Shown here piece by piece: positions 8,818 to 17,082 of a DNA stretch of 64,000 bases. The translations under genes were made by a program, and so were the position numbers. The first letter of the stretch is position 1. Every line of letters starts with the position of its first letter. This DNA comes from Myxococcota bacterium (GTDB lineage Bacteria; Myxococcota_A; UBA796; SXON01). Under the pieces are notes generated by a model that had not been told where the DNA came from, searched no databases, and saw nothing but the letters and a program-made list of their open reading frames with translations. The stretch lies in the NCBI GenBank assembly GCA_040386535.1, contig JAZKFH010000084.1, forward strand, positions 9,191 to 73,190, written 5' to 3'.

Positions 8818-9625
8818 GTCGGTCGACCACCCCGAACAGGTCACCCGCGGTGTACCAATCCACCGCCACGATGTTCGGGTTGCGTCCAAACGCGGCGGCG
8901 CACTCGGTGGCGCGCCCGTGAAGCACGGTTTCGGCGTTGGCTTCTTGCGCCTGGGCCTCGCTGGGGAGCGGATCCGCGATCCAATGGTTGAGCAGGAAGA
9001 GGGGATTGGTGAGCGAGCCGCGGTTGACGTCACAGGTGAAGTCGTCGACGGTCGCGAAGTCGTACGGTGTGTCGACGTACAGGCCCCACGCGGGTTGGTA
9101 CCAATCCGGCGGCGGCCCGCCCGACTCGGCGGTGACGAGCAGGCGTGTGTCGGCCGCGATCATCTCGCCCAGCGTCGGCCACGCGCCGCCGTCCCATGTG
9201 TAGACGTACCGATCGAGCCCCGACGCGGCGAAGGCGGCGGCGGTGTCTTCGGCGGAGATGCCGTTCTCGACGATGAACGCCATCACCTCGCCGCGGTGCT
9301 CGTCGAGGAACGCGCGGATGACACCGAGCCCCTCCACGAGCGGCGTGGCGCCGAGCTCGCAGTATCCATGACACAGGTACGCCTCGCCGTCCCAGTCGTG
9401 GGTGTCGAGCAGCATCGCACGGACCCCGTCGTCCAACTGGCGCGCGAGCGGGTGGGGTTGGTTGGGGATCTGCCACCCGTCGTCGCGGTTGGACATGCTG
9501 TTGTGGGTGCCGGCCAACGTGACGGTGTCGAAGGGGCGATCACACAGCTCGGCATGGCCGTTGCACGTGTCGGGGAGGGCCGAGTCGACGGGGGCGGGGG
9601 TGGTGCATGCGGCGAGGAGGAGCAC
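8804..9625 (-). CDS. PI-PLC X-domain-like phosphodiesterase lipoprotein
   Basis: LAAC lipobox; CNGHAELCDRPF, GTHNSMS, QLDDGVRAMLLDTH, YLCHG, PNIVAVD. Confidence 0.85.
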   Translation of the reverse strand: MLLLAACTTPAPVDSALPDTCNGHAELCDRPFDTVTLAGTHNSMSNRDDGWQIPNQPHPLARQLDDGVRAMLLDTHDWDGEAYLCHGYCELGATPLVEGLGVIRAFLDEHRGEVMAFIVENGISAEDTAAAFAASGLDRYVYTWDGGAWPTLGEMIAADTRLLVTAESGGPPPDWYQPAWGLYVDTPYDFATVDDFTCDVNRGSLTNPLFLLNHWIADPLPSEAQAQEANAETVLHGRATECAAAFGRNPNIVAVDWYTAGDLFGVVDRLNGL

Positions 9626-9689
9626 GGTGGGGGTGTATCGTCTGGGGAGGGCTACGGCTGGGCCTCCGGAGCACGGACGCCGGCGCTGG

Positions 9690-9960
9690 CGCAGAAAAGC
9701 CGGTGTTTGCCCGTGCGCGAGGGCGCTCGCGGCGGCTGGAGCGGCCGCGACCCGACAGAAACCGCCTCACGCCCGGCAGTGACGCCCGTTCTGTCGGGTC
9801 GTGAGGGCCCGGGGGACCGCCGACGCGGACCTCGAATCCGAAAAGCCGGCGTTGGTTCGTGCGCGAGGGTGGGCGCGGCGGTCGTGCGGAGCGAATCGGA
9901 CGCCGGGGACCCGACAGAAACCGCCTCACGCCCGACAGTGACGCCCGTTCTGTCGGGTCG
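9690..9960. repeat. Degenerate ~155-bp tandem duplication, each unit ending in a long hairpin
   Basis: GACCCGACAGAA...TTCTGTCGGGTC at 9749-9800 and 9908-9959 (1 difference); GAAAAGCCGG..GTGCGCGAGGG precedes both. Confidence 0.85.
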
Positions 9961-9999
9961 GGAGCGCCAGTGGGCCTCGGGACCGCCAGCGCCGCCCCA

Positions 10000-10566
10000 T
10001 CACCATCCCCACGACCACCACGCCTCCGGCACGCACGGCTTCGACGCCGAGCCGGGAGCGGCGACCTCGTACAGCGTCTCCGTGCTCTCGTTGCCCGCGA
10101 GGTCCACGGCCGTCACCCCCAGCGTCGCCGCGAACGCCTCCTGGTCGTCGGTCGCGCCGTCGATCCAAAACAGGGAGAGCACCGCGGTGCCATTCCGCGC
10201 GAACGCGAAGGCCGAAGCGATCGTGGTCTCGGCGCTGTAGCGGGGCTGCGGGAGCGCCCCCCGGACTACGCGCACGCGGTAGCCGACGCCCATCTGGACG
10301 TGCCCGGTCTCGACGGCGGGCGACCGATCGTCCACGGCGGCGCGGAAGTGGAGCGTGATCGTGCCGGAATGGTCGCAGCTGTCGGGCGACGCGCGGCGGC
10401 CGTCTACACACGCTGGCTCCCGCCCGCGGTTGACGCGCACGGCGATCGCCGCACCCGGCGGGCCGGGCGCAACGGTGTCGTCGCTCCCAGGATCGATCAC
10501 GAAGGCCGCCGGCAAGAGGTGCGAGCAGGCGTGCGCGGGCGTGGAGAGCGCGAGCAGCAGGAGCAT
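10000..10566 (-). CDS. Hypothetical secreted protein
   Basis: Signal peptide MLLLLALSTPAHA; Cys pairs; coding-like codon use. Confidence 0.7.
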   Translation of the reverse strand: MLLLLALSTPAHACSHLLPAAFVIDPGSDDTVAPGPPGAAIAVRVNRGREPACVDGRRASPDSCDHSGTITLHFRAAVDDRSPAVETGHVQMGVGYRVRVVRGALPQPRYSAETTIASAFAFARNGTAVLSLFWIDGATDDQEAFAATLGVTAVDLAGNESTETLYEVAAPGSASKPCVPEAWWSWGW

Positions 10567-10622
10567 GCCCCCCTGTAAGCAGCCCGCCGTGCCCTCGTTG
10601 TCCCGGCGAACCCCTGGACACC

Positions 10623-11588
10623 ATGCTCTCCGTCGTCGCCTTCCTCTTCCTGAACGCCGCCCACGCCCGCACCGAGACCCCCGTCCGCGCCACGTTGGGT
10701 GACGGCCAGATCCTCATGGGCGAGGTGCGCACCAAGACCCTCCTCTTGCTCAGCGGCTCCGGCACGTTGGAGATCCCGCTGGCGGACGTGGGCGAGGTCG
10801 TGCCGGCCGCCGCGGGTGGCCTGGGCGAGTCGGAGGGGCGCGTGGACGTTTGGCTCAAGAATGGCAGCGAATTGCGTGGCACGTGGGCCGATCCCAAGCT
10901 GGCGATGAGCATCAAGGTGGGTGGGTCCAAGGTGGCGGTCGACCTGCCGATGAACGATCTCTCTCGCTTCCAGCTGCAGGGTGACGCGCGGTGGCCCGCC
11001 GGCCCCGTGTACCGGATGCGCACGCGTTTGGGCGACGACTTCCTGGTCGATCCCGCCCGCACCCAGCTCGTGGTAGAGAACGACTTCGGCACGTTTGCCC
11101 CACTCTTGTCCGAGTGCCGCTCGGTGGCGCCGGTGTCGGAGCCCGAGGGCCTGTGGCGCATCGAGCTGCAGACCGGCACGGTGCTGCTCGGGCACCTCCA
11201 GGACGGGCAGGTGACCGTGGCGCTGCCGATGGGCCCGGCCCAGATGTCGGTGCCGCTCGACCAATTCGTGTCATTGCGCGTGGAGCGTTGGGACGCGCGT
11301 CAAGCGGTGGCGGCCCCGCCGTACGTGGCGCCGGGCGGACGCGGGGATGCCCTGGAGACCCCGTACCATGCCCCCGCCTACCCCCCGATCTACCCCACCG
11401 CGCAGGCACCGACGGTGACCAGCGAAGCGACGACCACCGCGCGTGGCGGGCCGGCGCGGGCGTCGGCGCGCGGGGCCCAGGCGCGGCCCAACGACTCCGT
11501 CGCGGAAGCGGAGCAGGCGCAGAAGGACGACTGGTTCGACAACACCGCGCTGCAGGCGACGAAGGAGGCGCTGGAGGACAGCGAGTGA
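10623..11588 (+). CDS. Hypothetical secreted protein
   Basis: Signal peptide ending AHA; repeated short beta-rich units; strong GC3 bias. Confidence 0.8.
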   Translation: MLSVVAFLFLNAAHARTETPVRATLGDGQILMGEVRTKTLLLLSGSGTLEIPLADVGEVVPAAAGGLGESEGRVDVWLKNGSELRGTWADPKLAMSIKVGGSKVAVDLPMNDLSRFQLQGDARWPAGPVYRMRTRLGDDFLVDPARTQLVVENDFGTFAPLLSECRSVAPVSEPEGLWRIELQTGTVLLGHLQDGQVTVALPMGPAQMSVPLDQFVSLRVERWDARQAVAAPPYVAPGGRGDALETPYHAPAYPPIYPTAQAPTVTSEATTTARGGPARASARGAQARPNDSVAEAEQAQKDDWFDNTALQATKEALEDSE

Positions 11589-11621
11589 CACGCGGGCCCG
11601 AAAGCCCGGCTATCGTGGAGC

Positions 11622-12782
11622 GTGGAGGCGCCCTTGTCCGACTCGTACCGCTCGCTCCTGGTCCTGTTGCTGCCGCTCGTGGCGTGTCCCTACCCCTCGA
11701 AGGAGGACACGGGCGAGACCGGTGACACCGACAGCGCCACCGACACCGACACGGACACCGACACGGACACGCGCACGACCGAGAGCGAGACCGGCTGTTA
11801 CGCGGTCGACCCCTCGCTCACCACGTGCCCGGCGCCCGAGAAGGTGCTGGTCGACAACGTCATCCCGGCCACGTGCGGCGCGGAGGTCCTGACGGTCGAC
11901 GGCGCGGGCACACTCTCCGAGAGCTGCGGCTACATCGGCGGCGCGGTGCCCGGCGGCTGGTGCCTGTACCCCATCACGGTCCTCGCGCCCGAGGACCCCT
12001 GCGACTACGGGCGCCCCTTGGTGCTCGGCGGCCGGCCCCGGCTGGCCCGGCTGGCCCGCGTTCGCGGGTGGGCCGACGCCGCCGCTTCCACGTCGCGCAC
12101 CGCCGGCGCGCCCGCTGAAGCCCCGTCCCCCGAAGCCCCGTCGCGCGCCGCCCTCGCGGAGACCTGGGCGCGCATCGGCCTCGCCGAGCACGCATCGGTC
12201 GCGTCGTTCTCCCGCTTCGCGCTCGAGCTGCTCGCGCTCGGCGCGCCCGCCGCGCTCGTGACCGGGGCGCACGCCGCCGCGCTCGACGAGGTGCGCCACG
12301 CGAAGCTGGCGTTCGGCCTCGCCTCGGCGTACGCGGGCGACACCCTGGGGCCCGGCCCGCTGCCCCTCGGCGATCTGGTGCTCCACGCCGATCTCGTGGC
12401 GTTCGCCGAGGCGACCGCGCGCGAGGGCTGTGTCGCGGAGACCTTGTCCGCGCTGCAGATGGCCGAGGCGCGCGACCGCGCGACCGACCCCGAGGTCCGC
12501 GCCGTGCTCACCGGCATCGCCCGCGACGAGGCCCGGCACGCCGCGCTCGCGTGGAAGACCGTGCGCTGGGCCATCGACGCCGGCGGGGAGCCCGTCCGCG
12601 CCGCCGTCGCGCGGGCGCTCGCCATCCAGCCCTCGGTCCCGGGCGACGACGTCGCGGGCCTCCTGCCCCCCGCCGTCGCGCGCGAGACGATCCGCCGCGG
12701 TTGGGCCGAGGTCGTGGCGCCCGCCGCCGCGGCGCTGCTCGGCGGTGGATCGCCGGTGCCGATGGTCGACGCGCACGCCTGA
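11622..12782 (+). CDS. Lipoprotein with C-terminal ferritin-like (diiron) domain
   Basis: LVAC lipobox, DT repeats, CDYGRP, EHASVASF, DEVRHA, EGCVAET, DEARHA. Confidence 0.85.
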   Translation: MEAPLSDSYRSLLVLLLPLVACPYPSKEDTGETGDTDSATDTDTDTDTDTRTTESETGCYAVDPSLTTCPAPEKVLVDNVIPATCGAEVLTVDGAGTLSESCGYIGGAVPGGWCLYPITVLAPEDPCDYGRPLVLGGRPRLARLARVRGWADAAASTSRTAGAPAEAPSPEAPSRAALAETWARIGLAEHASVASFSRFALELLALGAPAALVTGAHAAALDEVRHAKLAFGLASAYAGDTLGPGPLPLGDLVLHADLVAFAEATAREGCVAETLSALQMAEARDRATDPEVRAVLTGIARDEARHAALAWKTVRWAIDAGGEPVRAAVARALAIQPSVPGDDVAGLLPPAVARETIRRGWAEVVAPAAAALLGGGSPVPMVDAHA

Positions 12783-12811
12783 TCGGGAACGCACGCACAA
12801 GCACGATCGAG

Positions 12812-12976
12812 AGGGCGCACCCGGCGCGGCGCCGGGCCGGGTGTCCTGCGGGGTCGGGCGGCGCCCTCCGTCGCCCGGCTTCGTGCCGGCCGACGGGCGC
12901 GGGCCAGTGACATCGGGATGGCCTCCGGCCCGCGGGAATCGCGCCGCCCGCGCCCCCCTCCGGCCCCCCTTGCGCG
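12812..12976 (+). repeat. Family A intergenic repeat
   Basis: GGGCCGGGTGTCCTGCGGG (12834-12852) and CCCTCCGGCCCCCCT are shared with the copy at 33319. Confidence 0.65.
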
Positions 12977-12987
12977 TCCGGTGGTGG

Positions 12988-13341
12988 CTATGACCCGTCG
13001 GTGGGCGCTGCACCGACGCAGCTCGCCTCCGTGATGCACCCCGCCGCCGCGTCCCACACGGGCGCGTCGCTGTCGCAGGTGCAGCCCTGCTCGCAGATCG
13101 CCGGGCTCTCCAGCTCGTTGAACACTGCGCCGTCGATGCACCACGCCTGCACCACGGCACAGTCGTTCCAGTCGCCGCCGGTCGCGGTGCACGCGGACGG
13201 CTCTCCACACCCGTGCAGGACGGCCAAAACGAGCGCGCCGAGCACCGAGACGAGGCCACCGCCTGCACGTTTCGCCCCGACCGTAGGGGGAAGGACGACC
13301 TGGGAAACTGTGTTGGGCGCGAGCTGCGAGGCGTTGTGCAT
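12988..13341 (-). CDS. Small Cys-rich putative lipoprotein
   Basis: Hydrophobic stretch + LHGC, 8 further Cys; start uncertain. Confidence 0.6.
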   Translation of the reverse strand: MHNASQLAPNTVSQVVLPPTVGAKRAGGGLVSVLGALVLAVLHGCGEPSACTATGGDWNDCAVVQAWCIDGAVFNELESPAICEQGCTCDSDAPVWDAAAGCITEASCVGAAPTDGS

Positions 13342-13381
13342 CGCGTCACCCTTACACGAAGACGTCAGGGCCGGAGGCTCC

Positions 13382-13512
13382 CCGCGCGAGGGATCTGGAG
13401 GGCGGCCGCCCCTGGCTCGGCAGGGGCGGCCGGTCCCGCCCGCCGCGGGCGGACCAAGGCCGCAGGCCGCGCCCGCAAGACCCCGGCCGCGGCGTCCTCG
13501 CCGCGGACGCGC
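13382..13512 (-). repeat. Family A intergenic repeat
   Basis: Reverse complement GGCCGGGGTCTTGCGGGCG..TTGGT-[stem]-GACCGGCCG-[stem]-CGGCCGCCCTCC. Confidence 0.65.
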
Positions 13513-13614
13513 ACAGACGACGTTCGCGCGAGGACTCCCGTTGCCGACAGAAATGATTCGTTATGGATCTCGCACGCGAAATCGGAGACACTCGGGGCTC
13601 AACGCGAGGTTCGA

Positions 13615-15621
13615 ATGTCTACCGCTCCGTCCCTTCCGCAACACGATGGTCTGATCGCCCGGGCTGCCCGCGCCGCGCAGCTCGCGGCCACGCAGAAGAC
13701 GCTGACCTACTCGTACACGACCGTGGTGGCGCCGCTCGGTGTGGCGGCGAGCGTGCCGAAGGACCAGGAGGTGGCGCTGGTGCTCGCGGGGACGGCCGTG
13801 TTGCGTGTGCTCGAGCTGGTCGGCAACGTACTGGCGAAGGCGACGAAAATCTTCGGCGAGGGCGCGCCACGCGACGAGCGTTTGGCCTGGAGCGCGCCAG
13901 AGCTGGTGGCGGTCGGCGGCGTCGTGGAGGAGCTGCACTCGGGCCACGAGCGCCTCACCGAGCTGCTCACGTCGCTCCATGCGCGGCCGGCGCGCGCGGG
14001 GGTGCGGGCGATGACTTCGTCGAAGGGCCTCTTCAGCCGCGTCGAGGGCGTGGTGGTGAGCGCGGTCGAGGACGTCGTCACCGGTGATCTGCTCCACCTC
14101 GGCGACCCCGCGGAGGAGGCCTTCGACGTCATCGGCAAGCTGTTCAAGGCGCTCATCAGGGAGACGGGCCAGCTGCTGCTGAAGTACCTCGACCTGTACG
14201 GTGAGGCGCCGGCGATCGCCGCCTTCGCCGAGCAGTTCCAGACCATCCGCGTGCCCGAGATCCAGAGCAACTGCCTGGACGACCGCATGTTCGCCCACAT
14301 GCGCGTGGCCGGGCCCAACCCGCTGATGATCCAGGGGATTCGCGCGCTGCCCGCCACGTTCCCGGTCACGGACGCGCAATTCCAGGAGACCATGGGCGCG
14401 CAGGACTCCCTGGCGCGCGCCGGGGCCGAGGGGCGGCTTTTCCTGTGTGATTACGCCGCGCTGTCCGGCGTGGAGGCGGGCACGTTCCCGAGCCAGCAGA
14501 AGTACCTCACCGCGCCGCTCGCCCTGTTCGCGGTGCCGCCGGAGAACGCGCGCGACCGCGCCCTGCGCGCCGTCGCGATCCAGCTGGCGCAGGCCCCCGC
14601 CAACGACGCGCCGATCTTCACCCCCACCAGCGCCGCGTGGCCGGTTGCAAAGCTGCACGTGCAGGTGGCCGACGGCAACTACCACGAGATGATCTCGCAC
14701 CTGGGCCTCACCCACCTGGTCGTCGAGGCGTTCGCGGTCACGACGCCGCGCCACCTCGCGGAGGACCACCCCCTCTACCTGCTGCTCGCGCCGCACCTGA
14801 CTGGCACGGTGTTCATCAACAACGCCGCTGTCACCTCGCTGATCTCGACGGGCGGCATCGTCGACCGTATCCTGTCGGGCACGATCGCGTCCTCGGTGAA
14901 GCTGTCCGTCGACGCCGTCACGTCCTTCGCGGTCAACCAGCAGTTCCTGCCGGACGCGATGGCCCGTCGCAACGTGGAGACGCTCCCTGTCTACCCCTAC
15001 CGCGACGACGGCCTGCTGGTGTGGCACGCGCTGCACGCGTGGGTGCAGAGTTATCTCGCGGTCTACTACCCCACCGATGCCGACGTCCAGGGCGACTACG
15101 AGCTCCAGGCCTGGGCGCGCGAGCTCGGCTCCCAGGACGGCGGCCGCCTCGCGGGCGTGGCCGAGCCGGGCGCGGCCGACGGCGGCATCCACACGTTCGG
15201 ATACCTCGTCGACATCGTGACGCTCGCGATGTTCACCGCCAGCGCCCAGCACGCCGCGGTGAACTTCCCGCAGAACTTCACCATGAGCTACACCCCCGCC
15301 CTGCCGCTCGCCGCCTACGCCCCGCCCCCCGTCTCGCCGCGCGAGAGCGGAAGTGTCCTCGCGACGCTCCCGCCGCTCCAACAATCGGTGGTGCAGCAGG
15401 CGCTCGGCTACCTGCTCGGCGGCGTCTACTACACGCGGCTCGGCGACTACGACCGCAACCTCCGCGGAAAGTGGTTCGAGGACCCGCGCGTGCAGGCGCA
15501 GCTCGCCCAGCTCGGGACGGATTTGCGCGCGGTCGAGGTCGAGATCGGCCGTCGCAACCTGACGCGCATTCCCTACATCGTGTTGTTGCCGTCGCAAATC
15601 CCGCAGAGCATCAACATCTGA
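13615..15621 (+). CDS. Lipoxygenase
   Basis: RVAGPNP, HEMISHLGLTHL, HPLYLLLAPH, YPYRDDG, SAQHAAVNFPQ, C-terminal IPQSINI. Confidence 0.95.
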   Translation: MSTAPSLPQHDGLIARAARAAQLAATQKTLTYSYTTVVAPLGVAASVPKDQEVALVLAGTAVLRVLELVGNVLAKATKIFGEGAPRDERLAWSAPELVAVGGVVEELHSGHERLTELLTSLHARPARAGVRAMTSSKGLFSRVEGVVVSAVEDVVTGDLLHLGDPAEEAFDVIGKLFKALIRETGQLLLKYLDLYGEAPAIAAFAEQFQTIRVPEIQSNCLDDRMFAHMRVAGPNPLMIQGIRALPATFPVTDAQFQETMGAQDSLARAGAEGRLFLCDYAALSGVEAGTFPSQQKYLTAPLALFAVPPENARDRALRAVAIQLAQAPANDAPIFTPTSAAWPVAKLHVQVADGNYHEMISHLGLTHLVVEAFAVTTPRHLAEDHPLYLLLAPHLTGTVFINNAAVTSLISTGGIVDRILSGTIASSVKLSVDAVTSFAVNQQFLPDAMARRNVETLPVYPYRDDGLLVWHALHAWVQSYLAVYYPTDADVQGDYELQAWARELGSQDGGRLAGVAEPGAADGGIHTFGYLVDIVTLAMFTASAQHAAVNFPQNFTMSYTPALPLAAYAPPPVSPRESGSVLATLPPLQQSVVQQALGYLLGGVYYTRLGDYDRNLRGKWFEDPRVQAQLAQLGTDLRAVEVEIGRRNLTRIPYIVLLPSQIPQSINI

Positions 15622-15660
15622 TTTGGTCGGGTGTGTCATTTTGACGGTGACGCTTGGGAA

Positions 15661-15750
15661 GGGGCGCCCCGGCTTCGCCGTCGCCCTCCTCCGCGGTCGG
15701 CGCGGGGCGCCTCCGTCCTTCGGACCGGCCGAGGACGGCCGCGCGCGAGC
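15661..15750 (+). repeat. Short family A repeat
   Basis: GCGGTCGGCGC..GCGCCTCCGT-CC-TTCG-G-ACCGGCCG-AGGA-CGGCCGC. Confidence 0.45.
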
Positions 15751-15853
15751 GGGCGACGGGAGGGAATGGCGGGCACGCTCGCTGTCCGGCTGGCGCGGGC
15801 AGTGGCTGCTGAGGCGCGGCTGCGCGGCTGGTTGGGAGATCGGGGCGCGGCAG

Positions 15854-16042
15854 GAAGCCATGCCGGTGTGAACGCCCGTTTTCCAGAGTCATGCCACCCT
15901 GGATGCTCGAACCCGGCCCTCCTGCTTGCCGGGGGGTCGGAATAGTGACGGTTGGTCCGTGGGGCGGGCCGAGGGATCTTGCCGGATCGGGCGTTGGGGG
16001 AGGCATGACTTCGATTCGGAGGCGTTCGCGAGGGCATGGGTC
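15854..16042. repeat. Four-site CATG element (family B), copy 1
   Basis: CATG cores at 15859, 15890, 16004, 16035; right pair inverted relative to left pair. Confidence 0.8.
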
Positions 16043-16136
16043 CGGGGAGGAGGGTTTGGGCGGCCGGGCGGGGGGCCGCGGCGATTCGGACGCCTGCCCG
16101 CGCCACGCTGTGCGAGACTCCCCCCGAGGACTCCCC

Positions 16137-16631
16137 ATGGGCATGACCGCCTGCTTCCGCCGCGCCGCCGCCGTCGATCTTCCGGGCATCGAGGCGAACC
16201 CGGGCGCCGCCGCCGAGCTGTTGTTCGAGCCGACGGACGCGGGCGCCAGGGGGCCCGTCCAGGTCGACATCGACAAGATGTGGAACGGTCTGCACTGGCT
16301 CCTCGCCGGAGACACCGAGAACACGGACGGGCTCGGCGCGGTGGTGCTCGGCGGTGAGGAGGTCGGCGAGGACTGCGGCTACGGGCCCGCGCGGCTGCAT
16401 CGCCCCGACGAGGTGGCCCGCCTGTCCGCGGAGCTGAACGTCGTGACCGAGGATCAGCTGCGCGCCCGCTGGAACCCCGAGCAGATGCTGGCTGACGACG
16501 TGTACCCCTCCATCTGGGACGAGGGCGACGCGGTGTTCGAAGAGGAGCTCCTGCCCGCCTTCCGCCAGGTGCGAGCCCTCTTTGCCGAGGCCGCGGACGC
16601 GGGGGAGGGGGTGCTGGTCGGGATCGCCTGA
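16137..16631 (+). CDS. YfbM/DUF1877 family protein
   Basis: MGM start, DIDKMWNGLHWLL, GYGPAR, DVYPSIW. Confidence 0.88.
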   Translation: MGMTACFRRAAAVDLPGIEANPGAAAELLFEPTDAGARGPVQVDIDKMWNGLHWLLAGDTENTDGLGAVVLGGEEVGEDCGYGPARLHRPDEVARLSAELNVVTEDQLRARWNPEQMLADDVYPSIWDEGDAVFEEELLPAFRQVRALFAEAADAGEGVLVGIA

Positions 16632-16695
16632 GCCAGGCGCCGCCGCCGCGTTGCCCACTGGTCGCCGTCCTCGTTGCGGCGCTTCCGGGCATCCC

Positions 16696-16859
16696 GGGGG
16701 GCCTGACCGCGGGGCCCCGGATGTGGCACCTACAAGGCCCTCCGAGGTGCCACAAGTGGGGGTACCCGGCGCGGGCCCCCCAGGATGTGGCACCTCGGAG
16801 GCGGAGACAGGTGCCACAAGTGGGGGTACCCGGCGCGGGCCCCCCAGGATGTGGCACCT
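16696..16859. repeat. Palindromic tandem array: 51-bp unit with 13-bp variable linkers
   Basis: Identical units 16745-16795 and 16809-16859; degenerate unit 16696-16731. Confidence 0.9.
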
Positions 16860-16944
16860 CGCGGGGCCGGCGCGCCGGTTTGTCACCGATGCCTCCTTCG
16901 GGAACGGGACGCTGTCGGGCGCGCCCGAGCCCCGACGTCACGAC

Positions 16945-17077
16945 GCGCCAGGCGCCCGGAAGTCGGCCGCCCGTCCCCGGGCGGCCGGTCCCCGCCGTCC
17001 GCGGCGGGACCGAGCAGCTTCGCTGCGAGACTGGAGGGGGCCGACGGGGCCGCGTCCGCGCGGCCCCCGGGCGCCCG
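16945..17077 (-). repeat. Family A intergenic repeat
   Basis: Reverse complement CTCCAGTCTCG-CAGC-GAA-GCTG-CTCGGT-[stem]-GACCGGCCG. Confidence 0.6.
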
Positions 17078-17082
17078 CACCC

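Noticed and set aside
16696..16859. CRISPR array
   Set aside because: Linkers are only 13 nt, there are 2-3 units, and no cas genes or leader
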